A DNA stretch of 64,000 nt from Malacoraja senta (Eukaryota), in NCBI GenBank assembly GCA_038087875.1, contig CM075989.1:19966001-20030000 (forward strand). The letters run 5' to 3'. Made by a program: the position numbers and the translations under genes. The notes below the pieces were generated by a model, which searched no databases, was not told the DNA's origin, and worked only from the letters and a program-made list of their open reading frames with translations. Numbering within the stretch: the first letter of the stretch is position 1; every line of letters begins with the position of its first letter. Of this stretch, positions 1 to 11,819 are shown piece after piece.

Positions 1-118
1 CCACAAGGGCCACATCTAACTCCCTCTTAAATATAGCCAATGAACTGGCCTCAACTACCCTCTGTGGCAGAGAGTTCCAGAGATTCACCACTCTCTGTGT
101 GAAAAAGTTTTTCCTCAT
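1..118 (-). mobile_element. CR1/HER1-type LINE ORF2 fragment (cut by window edge)
   Basis: Near-identical reverse complement of 61168-61285. Confidence 0.85.
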
Positions 119-1035
119 TACTGTTACTGTTGAGTTAGTACGTTTTCCCTGTGACCATGTGGGTTTCCTCTGGGTTCTCAGGTTTCCCCTCCACATCCAA
201 ATTACATGCAGGTTTGTAGATTAATTGGCCTGCTGTGTAGATGAGTGGCAGAACTGGAGGGCGAGGGAGAGATGATAACAGTATGAATAGAATAAAGTTG
301 GATTAGATATGTGTAACATTATTGTGAATGGGCGATTGATGGCCAGTGTGGACTCGTGGGACAAAGGGCCTGTTTCCATGCTGTATATCCATGCTCTGAA
401 AAAGATTTTGCATCAGTGCAGGTGCGATAACCAACTTTTACCAACTGACCACAAAATCAATGCCAATTTGTGCACTTTGATATGTCATTTGATTGATATG
501 ATTTTAGGTCAGAGGAATGTTAATTGAACAGTGATCCTAATACCTTTGGGGGTTTAGTTAATATTCATAATTCAGGAAACACTGCCTCCTAGAGGAAGCA
601 TTTACTATTACAGAAATTATGACGGAAGTGTTGGTAACTTTGTTTAATGTTAACGAAAACAATATAAGAAAGATAAATAGACCAACAAAACAGTGTACTA
701 CATAGAATAGCTTTTGTTGCTGAATGAGGTCTGGTTATTCTTGATTAGTATGGGTGTCAGGGGTTATGAGGGGAAGGCAGGGGAATGGGGTTAGGAGGGA
801 GAGATAGATCAGCTATGATTGAATGGTGGAGTAGACTTAATGGGCCAAATGGGCTGAAAATGGGCCGAATGGCCTAATTCTGCTCCGATCACCGTGACAC
901 AAATATTAATAAAATGTCAACGGCTCAAAGTACTTTATTGTCACATGTACCTAAGAACAGTGAAATTCCTTTTTTGTATAAAGTTTAGTAAAAATCTTAC
1001 TATACATGGGCACAATGTACAAGAGTCATAGAATG

Positions 1036-1339
1036 TAGTTTAGTTTAGTTTAGTTTAGAGATACAGCGCGGAAAGAGGCCCTTCGGCCCGTCGAGTCCGC
1101 ACCAACCAGCAATCCCGCACATGAACACACTAGGGACAATTTTACATTTATACCGAGCCAATTAACCTACACACCTGTACGGCTTTGGAGTGTGGAAGGA
1201 AACCGAAGATCTCAGAGAAAACCCACGTAGGTCACGGGGAGAATGTACAAACTCCGTACAGACAGCAGCCGTTGTCAGGATCGAACCCGGGTCTCTTGCA
1301 CTGTAAAGCAGCAACTCTACCACTGCGCCACCGTGCCGC
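1036..1339 (-). mobile_element. tRNA-derived SINE (HE1/V-SINE type), full length
   Basis: Head GCGGCACGGTGGCGCAGTGG...GGTTCGATCC (A/B boxes), conserved core, CR1-like tail ending (CTAAA)n. Other copies at ~2720-3008(-), 4255-4606(-), 5143-5395(+), 11888-12190(+), 13800-14277(-), 23925-24212(+), 24917-25200(+), 27415-27700(-), 28690-28932(-), 29855-30150(-), 30475-30738(+), 39242-39570(+), 41783-42020(-), 50095-50330(-), 57257-57565(+). Confidence 0.85.
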
Positions 1340-1604
1340 TGAAGGAATAGTAGATTACACTGACACGTTAGACAAGAGTCGCCACATTTCCGGTGCCATT
1401 TTGTATGATTGAAGTCCAAAGTTGTTAAAAATGTTGAATCTTTAACTTGGCCTACAATTTAGACATTTGTTGTCTCAGCAAATGTCTAAATTGTACAAAC
1501 TAATTATTGCTAGAAATTTGCACAAATTCAATTTGTAACAGCTCGGGTAACAATGATGGATGGGCAACATTTGTTGAAATAATTAAAGCATATTAAATGT
1601 GCTG

Positions 1605-1812
1605 AAGATAAACACAAAATGCTGGGGTAACTCAGCGGGACAGGCAGCATCTCTGGAGAGAAGGAATTGGTGACGGCTTGGGTCGAGACCCTTCTTCAGA
1701 CCTGAAAAGTCACCCATTCCTTCTCTCTAGAGATGCTGCCTGTCCCACTAAGTTACTCCAGCATTTAGTGTCTATCTTCGGTTTAAACCAGCATCTGCAG
1801 TTCCTTCCTACA
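1605..1812. mobile_element. Fold-back Penelope-derived short element (representative)
   Basis: Inverted arms ACACAAAATGCTGG..CAGCATCTCTGGAGAGAAGGAA / TTCCTTCTCTCTAGAGATGCTG..CCAGCATTTAGTGT; flanking direct repeat AAATGTGCTG (1595-1604, 1817-1826). Similar copies at ~7395-7593, 11388-11578, 33412-33682, 35565-35798, 41608-41775, 43455-43598, 46250-46520, 53070-53272, 57622-57808. Confidence 0.75.
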
Positions 1813-3302
1813 TATCAAATGTGCTGTATTCTCAAGGTCAATAGTTGGTAATGCAAATTTATCATGTAAAAACATTGTAACCTTATACCCTGTTGGTCTA
1901 AATTATTAAGTTGCAATAGATCCAGTGCTTGTCCAATTTGGTGATATGTCACTGGGTCATGTTCTGCTTAATTAAATTGTAATCTAAAAATGCTGTCGTT
2001 AATTTTGTCCACATTATTGGGTAAATTGCTTCGTTGATCCAAATGTCCATTTGAGAATAATTCCCATGAATATATAATAATAGTCAATCTTGTATGCTCC
2101 AAAAGTACTGGCAAAATAATTGTTTTTACTGCACGTTCTGGGGTCATAAAGCCTCGGAAATCCGTGATGGGATAAAGTCGTAGAATGGTACAGCGTGGAA
2201 ATAGGCCCTTCGTCCCAACTTGTCCATTCCGACCAGCATGTCCCATCTACATTTTTGCTTTTCTGCGTTTTTTTGCTTTTCAAATCTCTTCCATGAGGTG
2301 AATTGATATGGTGAACGCACAGAGTATTTTACCCAGAGTAGGGGAATCAAGAACTGGAGGGACAGGTTTGAGGTGAGGGAAAGATTTAATAGGAATGTGA
2401 GGGGCAACTTTTTCACAGAGAGGGTGGTGGGTAAATGGAATGAGCTGCAAGAGGAGGTCGTTGAGGCAGGTACAAGAATGACATATAAAAGACATTTGAA
2501 CAGGAACATGGATAAGAAAGGTGTAGAGGGGATATGGGCCACACATGGGCAGGCAGGACTAACGTAGATGGGGTATCTTGGTCAGCATGGGCAAGTCGGG
2601 CCGAAGGGCCTGTTACCGTGCTGTCTCTGGCTGTAAACTTCAGAAAAGTTCCCTGTTGTAAACTAATGAATACCTGAATGGAGTTAACTGATACTGCGCC
2701 TGCCTAGTTTAGTTCAGTGATTTAGTTTAGAGATACAGCGCGGAAACAGGCCCTTCAGCCCACCGAGTTCACGCCGACCAGCGATCCCGTAAACTAGCGC
2801 TATCCTACACACTCGGGACAAATTACAATTTTACCCAAGTCAATTAACCTACCAACCAGTACTGGAGAAAACTGGAGCACCCAGAGAAAACTGTCACAGC
2901 TCACGGGGAGAACGTACTAACTCCATACAGACAGCGCCCGTAATCAGGATTGAACCCGGGCCTCCAGCGCCGTGAGGCAGCAACTCCACTGCTGCGTCAC
3001 CAGGCCGTTTCTGTCCTCTTTTAAGGTGTTAAATTCTTCCTGTATTTTAAATGATTATGATTAACACAAAACGTCTGTCAATTTAAGGTAAATGACTCCA
3101 AGGAAGCACCCTCAACATAAGTAGGAATATTCATTGATGATTACACAACGTTCAATTATGTTTGCTAATCCACAGACTATTAAGCAGACCACAGCCATGC
3201 GCTCAATGTCTAGACAGTATTGGGCCATGCAGTGATAAATGACGTAACATTTCTGTCACACAAGTGCCAAGTAATCTCCAACAATAGAGAATCTCTCTCC
3301 AA

Positions 3303-3886
3303 TTGAGGCTCTATAAAGCGCTAGTCGGGCCGCATTTGGATTACTGTGAGCAAATTTGGGCCCCATATCTGAGGAAGGATGTGCTGGCTCCGGAGAGGGT
3401 CCAGAGGAGGTTTACGAGAATGAGTGAGTTAACATATGATGAGCGTTTGACAGCACTAGGCCTCTACTCACTGGAGTTTAGAAGGTTGAGGGGGGACCTC
3501 ATTGGAACTTACAGAATAATGCAAGGCATAGATAGAGTGGATGTGGGGAGGATGTTTCCACTGGTGGGAGAGTCTAGGACCAGAGGTCATGGTCTCAGAA
3601 TCAAAGGGCGCTCTTTTAGAAAGGAGGTGAGGAGGAACTTCTTCAGTCAGAGAGTTAATCAGTTAATCTGTGGAACTCATTGCCACAGAGGGCTGTGGAG
3701 GCCAAGTCAGTGGATATTTTTAAGGCTGGGATAGACAAATACTTGATTAGAACGGATGTCAATGGTTTATGGGGAGAAGGCAGGAAAATGGGATTAGGAG
3801 GCAGATATCAGCCATGATTGAATAGCGGAGTGGACTCGATGGGCCGAATGGCCTAATTCTACTCCTATAACTTGTGGACTTGTGAA
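3303..3886 (+). mobile_element. CR1 LINE 3' fragment
   Basis: LYKALVGPHLDYCEQIWAPYLRKD...RRLRGDLI ORF2 C-terminus, followed by 3' UTR. Confidence 0.9.
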
Positions 3887-4832
3887 CTACTGCAAAGACA
3901 ACGCGGTATTAATGTTCAAATCTGAATAAAAGCATAACATTTAGGAATAATCAGCATGTCAGCCAGCCTATGGGGAGAGTGGGTGGCACAGTGGCGCAGT
4001 GGTTGAGTTGCTGCACAATTAACAATGAACAATACATCTTTTTAGGTTTGAACATAGGTGAACACCAAATACATTGGGAAACTCTTAATTCCACTTTTGA
4101 ATCTAAAGAGAAAGATCTAAGAACCCAAGTTTGACTTACACAACATCCACAATCTTTGACGACTCAGGAAAATATACTTCGTGCTGGAGTAACTCAGGAG
4201 GCCAGGCAGCATCTCTGGAGAATATGGATAGGTGACGTTTTGGGTCAGGACCCTTTAGTTTAGTTTAGTTTAGAGATACAGCATGGAAACAGGCCCTTCG
4301 GCCCACCGAGTTCGCACCGAACAGCGATCCCCGCACACTAACACTACTCTACACACACATGGGGCAATCATTTTTACATTTATACCAAGCTACAAACCTG
4401 TACGTCTTTGGAGTGTGGGAGGAAACCGAAGATCTCGGAGAAAATCCACGCTGGTCACGGGGAGAATGTACAAATTCGGTAGAAAACCCATGCAGATCAC
4501 GGGGAGAATGTACAAACTCCGTACAGACAAGCACCTGTAGCCAGGATCGAACCCGGGTCTCTGGCGCTGTAAGGCAGTAGCTCTACCGCCATGCCACTGC
4601 TGCGCCCTTCTTCAGACTATCCATGTTCACCCGAGATGCTGCCCGACCAGCTGAGTTACTCCAACACTTTGTGTCTTTTTTTGTAAACCAGTGGCAGCAG
4701 TTCCTTGTTTCAGCATCTCTGGAGGGCATGGGCAGGTTACATATCAGGACCATGTGTGCTGAGATGTGAATTCTGCTCTCACTGTTGCATTACTTGCTTC
4801 TCATTCCTTTTTCTCTTTCATTTGTTTTGTAG

Positions 4833-4998
4833 AAAACCTGTCCGGTGGATTTTTCATTCAACAGTCTAGCAGATAATAAGTTCAGATTCTATGACAGCAG
4901 CCTGGTGGAGGCGACGAAGCTGGGAGATCCGTCAGTGCACGAGTTTTTTAGGCTGCTCTCTCTCTGCCACACTGTCATGTCAGAGGAAAAAAGCGAAG
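4833..4998 (+). CDS. ATP8B4: P4-ATPase flippase (ATP8B4-like), coding exon 1 of 14 in window; upstream exons incl. DKTG motif not seen
   Basis: Pyrimidine tract + AG at 4831-32; KTCPVDFSFNSLADNKFRFYDSSLVEATKLGDPSVHEFFRLLSLCHTVMSEEKSE; G|GTAAAA donor, phase 1. Confidence 0.9.
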
Positions 4999-6384
4999 GT
5001 AAAATTAGTCACTAACAACTGGTTAAACAAAGCCCAAACTACGAAGTGCCGGAAGAACTCAGTCGGTCAGGCAGCATCTGTGGAGGGACATGGGCAGAAG
5101 ACGTTTCGGGTCGGAACCCATCCAAAGCCAGCTCTTCTGAGCGTGTGGCACAGTGGCGCAGCTGGTAGAGCCGCTGCCTCATGGCGCCAGAGACCCAGGT
5201 TCGATCCTGACCTCGGCTGCCGTCTGTGCGTGGAGTTTGCTTGTTCACCTGTGACTGCGTGGGTTTCCTCCAAGTGCTCCGGTTTCCTTCCACATCCAAA
5301 GACATGCAGATTAATAGGCATTTGTAAAATTACCTCTGGTGTGTAGGGTGTAGATGTGAAAGTAGGATGACATGGAACTAGTGTGAACTAGTGTGATACA
5401 ACCAACCCTTCTGCCCACTGAGTTCACGTCAACCATTGATCACCCTTTCACCCTAGTTCTATGTTATCCCACTTTTTCATCCACTCCCCTCACGCTAAGG
5501 GGCCAATTAACCTACAGAGGCCAATTAACCCACAAACCTGTTATTTTGCATGTGGTTGATAGTTGGCATTGACTCGGTGGGGTGTAGAGCCTGTTTCAAT
5601 GCTGCATCCATATCTCTATCTCTCTTGGTGTATAAAGCTTATGAAGAACATCTTGTTTAATATCTGCATCTGCACCAAAGCCTGCAGAATTTGAGAAACA
5701 GGGCATTTCTAGTCATAGGTTCATAAGTGATAGGAGCAGAAGTAGGCCATCCGGCCCATCAAGTCTACTCCACCATTCAATCATGGCCGATCTACCTTTT
5801 CCCCCCTCAACCCCATTCCCCTGCCTTCTCCCCATAACCCCTGACACATGTACTAGTCATTTTGACACTCGAGCCCAAGGATTAACCCGGCAAAATTTGA
5901 CGGGATCTATTTTGCCGATTGGATTTATTTGAACGTACATACCCGAACAGAGACAGTTTATTTCACAGTACGAAAGAGTGAATCGTGAGATGACCATTTC
6001 TTTGGCTGATCTGCCAGGAATAAATGGAAGTGTATCTGACATTCCCTTCATTAGTTGTCACTGCGTGAGATGTAAGCTCAGGGGCACAGATGTAATGAGG
6101 ACGGAGCTATGTTGTGTTATTGCCACCGAGCTCTTGAGTGTACAATACAATAATACTTTATTAGCCAATTATGTATTATAAAAACGATGCTTTTGTGCAG
6201 TGGTGTCCCCGACAACTTTCACCTCCCAACTGACAGTCAGATCCTTGAGACCTGGATTGCTTCCCGCCTTATGGTGCAGATTGAAGTATATTACTGTCAT
6301 GTGCAGCAGGGGTTTGCATGCGATCCAAACAGATCAGATAAACAGTACTTAGATACAATCGAGCCAAACTCAAGTACAACAAGG

Positions 6385-6683
6385 GGCGGCACGGTGATGC
6401 AGCGGTAGAGTTGCTGCCTTACAATTCTAGTAGACCCGGACTTGATCTGGACTGCAGATGCTGTATCTATGGAGTTTGCGCGTTCTCCCTGTGAAACCAT
6501 GGGTTTTCCCCGGGTGCTCCAGTTTCCTCCCACATTCCAAAGACGTGTGGGTTTGTAGGTTAATTAGCTTTTGTAAATTGTCCTAATGTGTAGCATAGTG
6601 CTCGTATACGGGATGATCGTTGGTCGGCATGGACTCGATAGGCCGAAGAGCCTTTTTCCACGCTGTACAGTATCACTAAACTA
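6385..6683 (+). mobile_element. HE1/V-SINE-type SINE
   Basis: GGCGGCACGGTGATGCAGCGGTAGAGTTGCTGCC head, core and ACTAAACTAA tail. Confidence 0.85.
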
Positions 6684-6955
6684 AGTAAGTAAGTAAGTTT
6701 ATTGGCCAAGTATTCACATACAAGGAATTTGCCTTGGTGCTCCGCCCACAAGTAACAACATGACATACAGTGACAGTTACGAATGACTCAGAAAACACTA
6801 AACATTAATAATAATAGAACATTAATGATAAAACACCATTGATCAAGCATGTGAACCAACAAAATACCAGATCAAAGGGAGGCTACAGATTTTTGGCTGT
6901 TGAGTAGAGCAACTACTCGTGGATAAAAACTGTTTTTATGTCTGGCTGTGGCAGA
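6684..6955 (-). mobile_element. Rex1/Babar-like LINE 3' fragment
   Basis: Minus strand ATARHKNSFYPRVVALLN, 3' UTR and (TTAC)n tail. Confidence 0.6.
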
Positions 6956-7171
6956 CATAAGGTAAACTTAGTAAACTAGAGAGTCTGAAGAAGGGTCTCG
7001 ACCCGAAACGTCACCCATTCCTTCGCTCCAGAAGATGCTGCATGTCCCGCTGAGTTACTCCAGTACTTTGTGTCTATCTTAAGGTAAACTAATCCTCTAC
7101 TGAAATTGTAGCAAAATAACAATGCAGTGCTCTATACATCAATGACTAGTCTGGTTGCGTTTGGTTTGCAG

Positions 7172-7360
7172 CTGAACTTTGTTACCAGGCGCAGTCGCCC
7201 GATGAAGAGGCGTTGGTCACCGCTGCAAGAAACTTTGGTTTTGTCTTTCGGTCTCGAACCCCAGAAACCATCACCATCAACGAGATGGGCAAACCTGTCG
7301 TCTACCGCCTGCTGGCGATCCTGGACTTTAACAACATGCGAAAGAGGATGTCTGTGATAG
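7172..7360 (+). CDS. ATP8B4: ATP8B4-like exon 2 (N-domain)
   Basis: ttgcag acceptor; (A)[69 protein letters not shown]; 189 nt, phase 1-1. Confidence 0.93.
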
Positions 7361-7726
7361 GTGAGGTGGATCCACACTATAATGCCTTGTGATCGGGACA
7401 AAATGCCGGAGTCACTCAGCGGGTCTGGCAGCATCTCCGGAGAAAAGGAGTGGGTGACGTTTCGGGTGGAGACCCTCTTTCAGTCTCAAGCCGAAACGTC
7501 ACCCACTCCTTTTCTCCAGAGCTGCTGGAGCGACCCCAGTATTTTGTGTCCATCTTTGATGTAAACCAGCTTCTGCAGTTCCTTCCTACACACATAATGT
7601 CTGGTGCATTTATTGCTTTCCTATGTAATTAGTATTCCCTGCTTATTTTTGTTTAAGCAAAAATTTAATTTAAGTGCGACCTTTTTTTGTGGCATTCTTA
7701 GTAACTTTATGTCCTCTTGTTGCTAG

Positions 7727-7842
7727 TTCAAAATCCTGAAGGGCAAATAAGACTTTACTCAAAGGGAGCTGATACCATATTGTTTGAAAGGCTTCATCCA
7801 TCCAATGAAGAATTGATGTATGTGACCTCGGATCACCTCAGT
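7727..7842 (+). CDS. ATP8B4: ATP8B4-like exon 3 (KGAD nucleotide-binding motif)
   Basis: tgctag acceptor; (V)QNPEGQIRLYSKGADTILFERLHPSNEELMYVTSDHLS; GTAAGT donor. Confidence 0.93.
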
Positions 7843-9729
7843 GTAAGTGCCTCCTCTCTTCTCCACACATTTATTAGTTATTGGGGTTGGTTATTGAAAA
7901 ACATAATGATGATTAAGCTTGACCCGAGCAGTCATTGTTGCAATAAAACAAATATTGGATTCTGCTTTCGTTTAAACTCTTCTGTGCAGACGTGTCTTTG
8001 TGATGCAGGCGGTGTGGAAATGGCAGGGCACACGACAGCTTCCCAGCAGATGAGATTCCAGTCACAAGGTGGTGCCAGAATCAAAAGAAGGCAAGAACAG
8101 GGTACAAAGCGCTGGAGGAACTCAGCGGGTCAGGCAGCGGGATTGCCAGGACTCAAGGACCTGAGCTATTGGGAGAGGTTGAGCAGGCTGGGACTTTATT
8201 CCTTCGGGCACAGGAGGATAAAGGATGAACTTATGGAGGTGTACAAAATCATGAGAGGAATAGATTGGGTAAACGCACAGTCTTTTGTCCTGCATAGGGG
8301 AGTCGAGACCAAGAGGACATACGTTTAAGATGAGGGGTGGGAGAGTTTAATAGGAACCCGAGCGGTAACTATTTTACACAGGGTAGTGGGTGTATGTAAC
8401 AAGCTGCCGGAGGAGGTAGTTGAGGCATTTACTATCATTACGTTTAAGAGACATTTAGACAGGTCCATGGATAGGACAGGTTATGGGTCAAGATTGGGCA
8501 GGTGGGACTAGAGTAGATGGGGTATGTTGGCAGGCATGGGGAACCCACGTGGTCACGGGGAGAACGTACAAACTCCATAGAGACAGCAACCCTAGTGAGG
8601 ATCGAACCCGGGTCTCTGGCGCTGTAAGGCAGCAACTAGTCCGCTGCGCCACCATGCCACCCAAAGTGTAGAGGGAAACAAATAGATGATGTTTCAGGTT
8701 GGGACCCATGTACATGACTTGCTGAGTTCTTCCAGCGCTTTGTTTTCTGTTTGAAGAAGGATCACAACCAGTCCACTCCCTCCCCAGATGCTGCCTGACC
8801 CTCTGAGTTCCTCCAGCAATTTGTGTTTTGCTCAAGTTTTCCCGCTTCTGCAGTTTCTCGTGTCTCCACAGTTCAGACACCGACCGGAACTACCAAAAGA
8901 AAGATCTGAACAATTTAGCGATGGCCTGACATTTGATCAGACTGCTAACCTGCCAAATTGCCTTTTGATTCTTCCCAAATATATTGAGTTTGGGCTCCTG
9001 ATGTTTACCTGATGGAAGCGCAAGTGCCATGGTAGTTGATTTGTGTAGATCTTTGACACCCTACACATGAAGACCTTTGAAACCTTTGAAACAATGTTTA
9101 TTTTTGATTGATCAGAATTGATCAGAATTTGGAAAACCATATAGCCACAGAAAAGCAATGTCACTGTTAGGTAGAACCATGGTTTGAAGGTCCCTGAACA
9201 ATTGCCATCATCAACTTGGTGTCGTTGCTTAGAATTATTTACCTGATCGCAATAGACTGCAGGCTTCGAGCCTCATTGGTGTTGTGTCAGTAGTTAAAAC
9301 TGCCACTGTTAATGTGGAGAAAATGAATCTCAATTAATCTTCGTTCCATTCGTTTCCTGGAGTATGGTTTTAATTGTCATGCTGTGTTCTGGAGATGTAC
9401 TTCAGAAACATTAAAATATCAGGACTAATCCTCAAGTGAGTGTTGCAATGTGATATTTTACATGAAGGATTGCACTGGGCATTGAAACCATGGAGATAAT
9501 CAGCAGGGGATGGGAATTGTAAGAAACATCTTGCTCTGTGTTTATAGAGTGTTCGACTAACGCAAAATTTGACATGCAAAAGCTTTGTGTGTCTGTCTCC
9601 GTGTCTCAGTTCCATTCAGTTCAGTTTAGTTTATTGTCACGTGTACCGAAAATCTCTTGTTGCGTGCTAACCAGTCAGCGGAAAGACAATACATGTTTAC
9701 AATCGAGCCATTCACAGTGCACAGATACA

Positions 9730-10546
9730 TCAAGTCAAGTCAATTCAAGGTTTATTCGTCACTTGCACATAAAGTGCAGTGAAATGAATTTGCCAGCAGC
9801 GATACAATAAAAAAAGAACACACAATACACAATAAAAATTTAACACATCCACCACAGCATTCATCACTGTGGTAGAAGGTACAAAATTTGGTCAGTCCTC
9901 CTCCATTTTCCCCCGTGGTCGGGACCACAACCCTCCGCAGTCGCCGCTGCGGGAGTTCAGATGTCCAGACAAGGTAAGTCCTGAATCGGTGCTTCCCCAC
10001 CGGAGACCGCGGCTTCAAGATGGTATAGGCCGCAGGCCGGCGGTCGAAGATCTAAAGTCCCCGCCGCAGCCAGAAGCACCGCAGACCGCAGGGCCGGCGG
10101 TCGGAGCTCTTCTCCTCCGGGGTCCCCAACGAGGGATCCCAGGCTCCGGACGCCGCGCCATCTAGAGCTCCGCAGACCGCGGCTTCAGGCTGCCGCGGGC
10201 CAGCAAACGTAGTGCTCCCCTCCGGTGAACCCGGCAAGGGCTCGCCCGCTCCGCGACGAAAGAGTCCTCGCTGCGCCCGCGGCTGAAGCCCCGGGCGCTT
10301 CTCCGGGAAAGGCCGCACCGATCCCCGATGTTAGGCCACGGGGGAGGAGATGGAAAAAGTCGCCTCTCCGTGGAGGAGGCGACCAAAGCGGTTTCCCCCT
10401 TACCGCCCCCCCCCCCCTCCACCACCCCCCCCCCCCACACAAAATACACAGAGAAACATTAAAAACACACATTGAGACACACTAAAAAAACAAAAAAAGT
10501 AGAAAAAACTAACATGCTGCTGCTGGCTCGCAGCGCCACCCACCAC
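9730..10546 (-). mobile_element. GC-rich non-autonomous retroelement nested in a Rex1/Babar 3' fragment
   Basis: Interrupts host repeat 9615-9730/10549-10745; microsatellite-like tail (TTGAC)n; related partial copy at ~13050-13390. Confidence 0.6.
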
Positions 10547-11654
10547 TGACATGATAAGGGAACAATGTTTACTGCAAGGTAAAGCCAGTAAAGTCCGATC
10601 AAAGATAGTGCGAGAGTCTCCAATGAGGTGGATAGTAGTTCAGCACCGCTCTCTGGTTGTGGTAGGATGATTCAGTTGCTTGATAACAGCCGGGAAGAAA
10701 CTGTCCGTGAACCTGGAGGTGTGCGTTTTCACACTTCTGTTTTATTTGCGTACATATTACGGCTGCACAGTGGCGCTGCTGGTTAAGCTGCTGTCTCACA
10801 GCACCAGAGACCCGGGTTCGATCCTGACCTCAGGTGTGTGCCTGATCACACCTTTGAGATGCATGTACACATCTATGTGGTCTTTCAGGTACATGCCCGA
10901 GACAGGCCTTCATAGTGCCTTGGAGGTATGCAACAGGGCTAAAAGGCATCCCTCAATTATTTGTGAATGTTTTCATGGATTACGTACGTCTACCATCTAA
11001 AATTATTTACTTTGAAGTTAATTACCAGTTCTCTATAAGTATTAAAAAAAGACGCAAAGTGATGGAAGTAACTCAGCGGGTCAGGCAGCATCACTGGAGA
11101 ACATTAGAGTTGATGTTTCAGGTTGGGACTTGAGTCTGAGACTGGAGAAATAGTCTCAACCCAAAACATCGCCTGTACATGTTCTCCAGAGATGCTGCTT
11201 GACTCGCTGATTTACTCCAGCACTTTGTGTCTATTTCTTGCAAACCACCATGTGCAGTTCCTTGTTTCTCCCTCTAAGTATAGTTGCACATACATCACCC
11301 TGGTCAGTAAACTAAATCTATAGTCCAGAACCAAGGGTTTTTAACGCACTTTGTATCAAATTTGGCACAAACTGGATTTAACTTTCTGAAGATAGAGACA
11401 AAAAGCTGCAGTAACTCTGGCAGCATTTCTGGATAGAAGATATTGGGTGACAGTCTGAAGAAGGGTCTCGACCCGAAATGTCACCCATTCCTTCTCTCCT
11501 GAGATGCTGCCTGTCCCGCTGAGTTACTCCAGCTTTTTTTTATCTATATTAAACCAGCATCTGCAGTTCCTTCCGACACTTTAACTTTCTGAAGTTTATT
11601 TTCCCTACAAGGAAATTCTACTTTGCGTCTGATCCTGATTTTTTTTAAACGCAG

Positions 11655-11819
11655 GAATTTGCAGGGGAGGGACTGCGGACGTTGGTGCTTGCCTACAGGG
11701 ACCTGGATGAAGCTTACTTCAATAAGTGGCAGAAAATGCACTACCACGCCAGCACCGCGCTGGAGAACCGTGATGAACAACTGTCCGCGTTGTACGAGGA
11801 TATTGAGCAGGACCTGATG
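11655..11819 (+). CDS. ATP8B4: ATP8B4-like exon 4
   Basis: cgcag acceptor; EFAGEGLRTLVLAYRDLDEAYFNKWQKMHYHASTALENRDEQLSALYEDIEQDLM; GTATGG donor; 165 nt. Confidence 0.93.
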
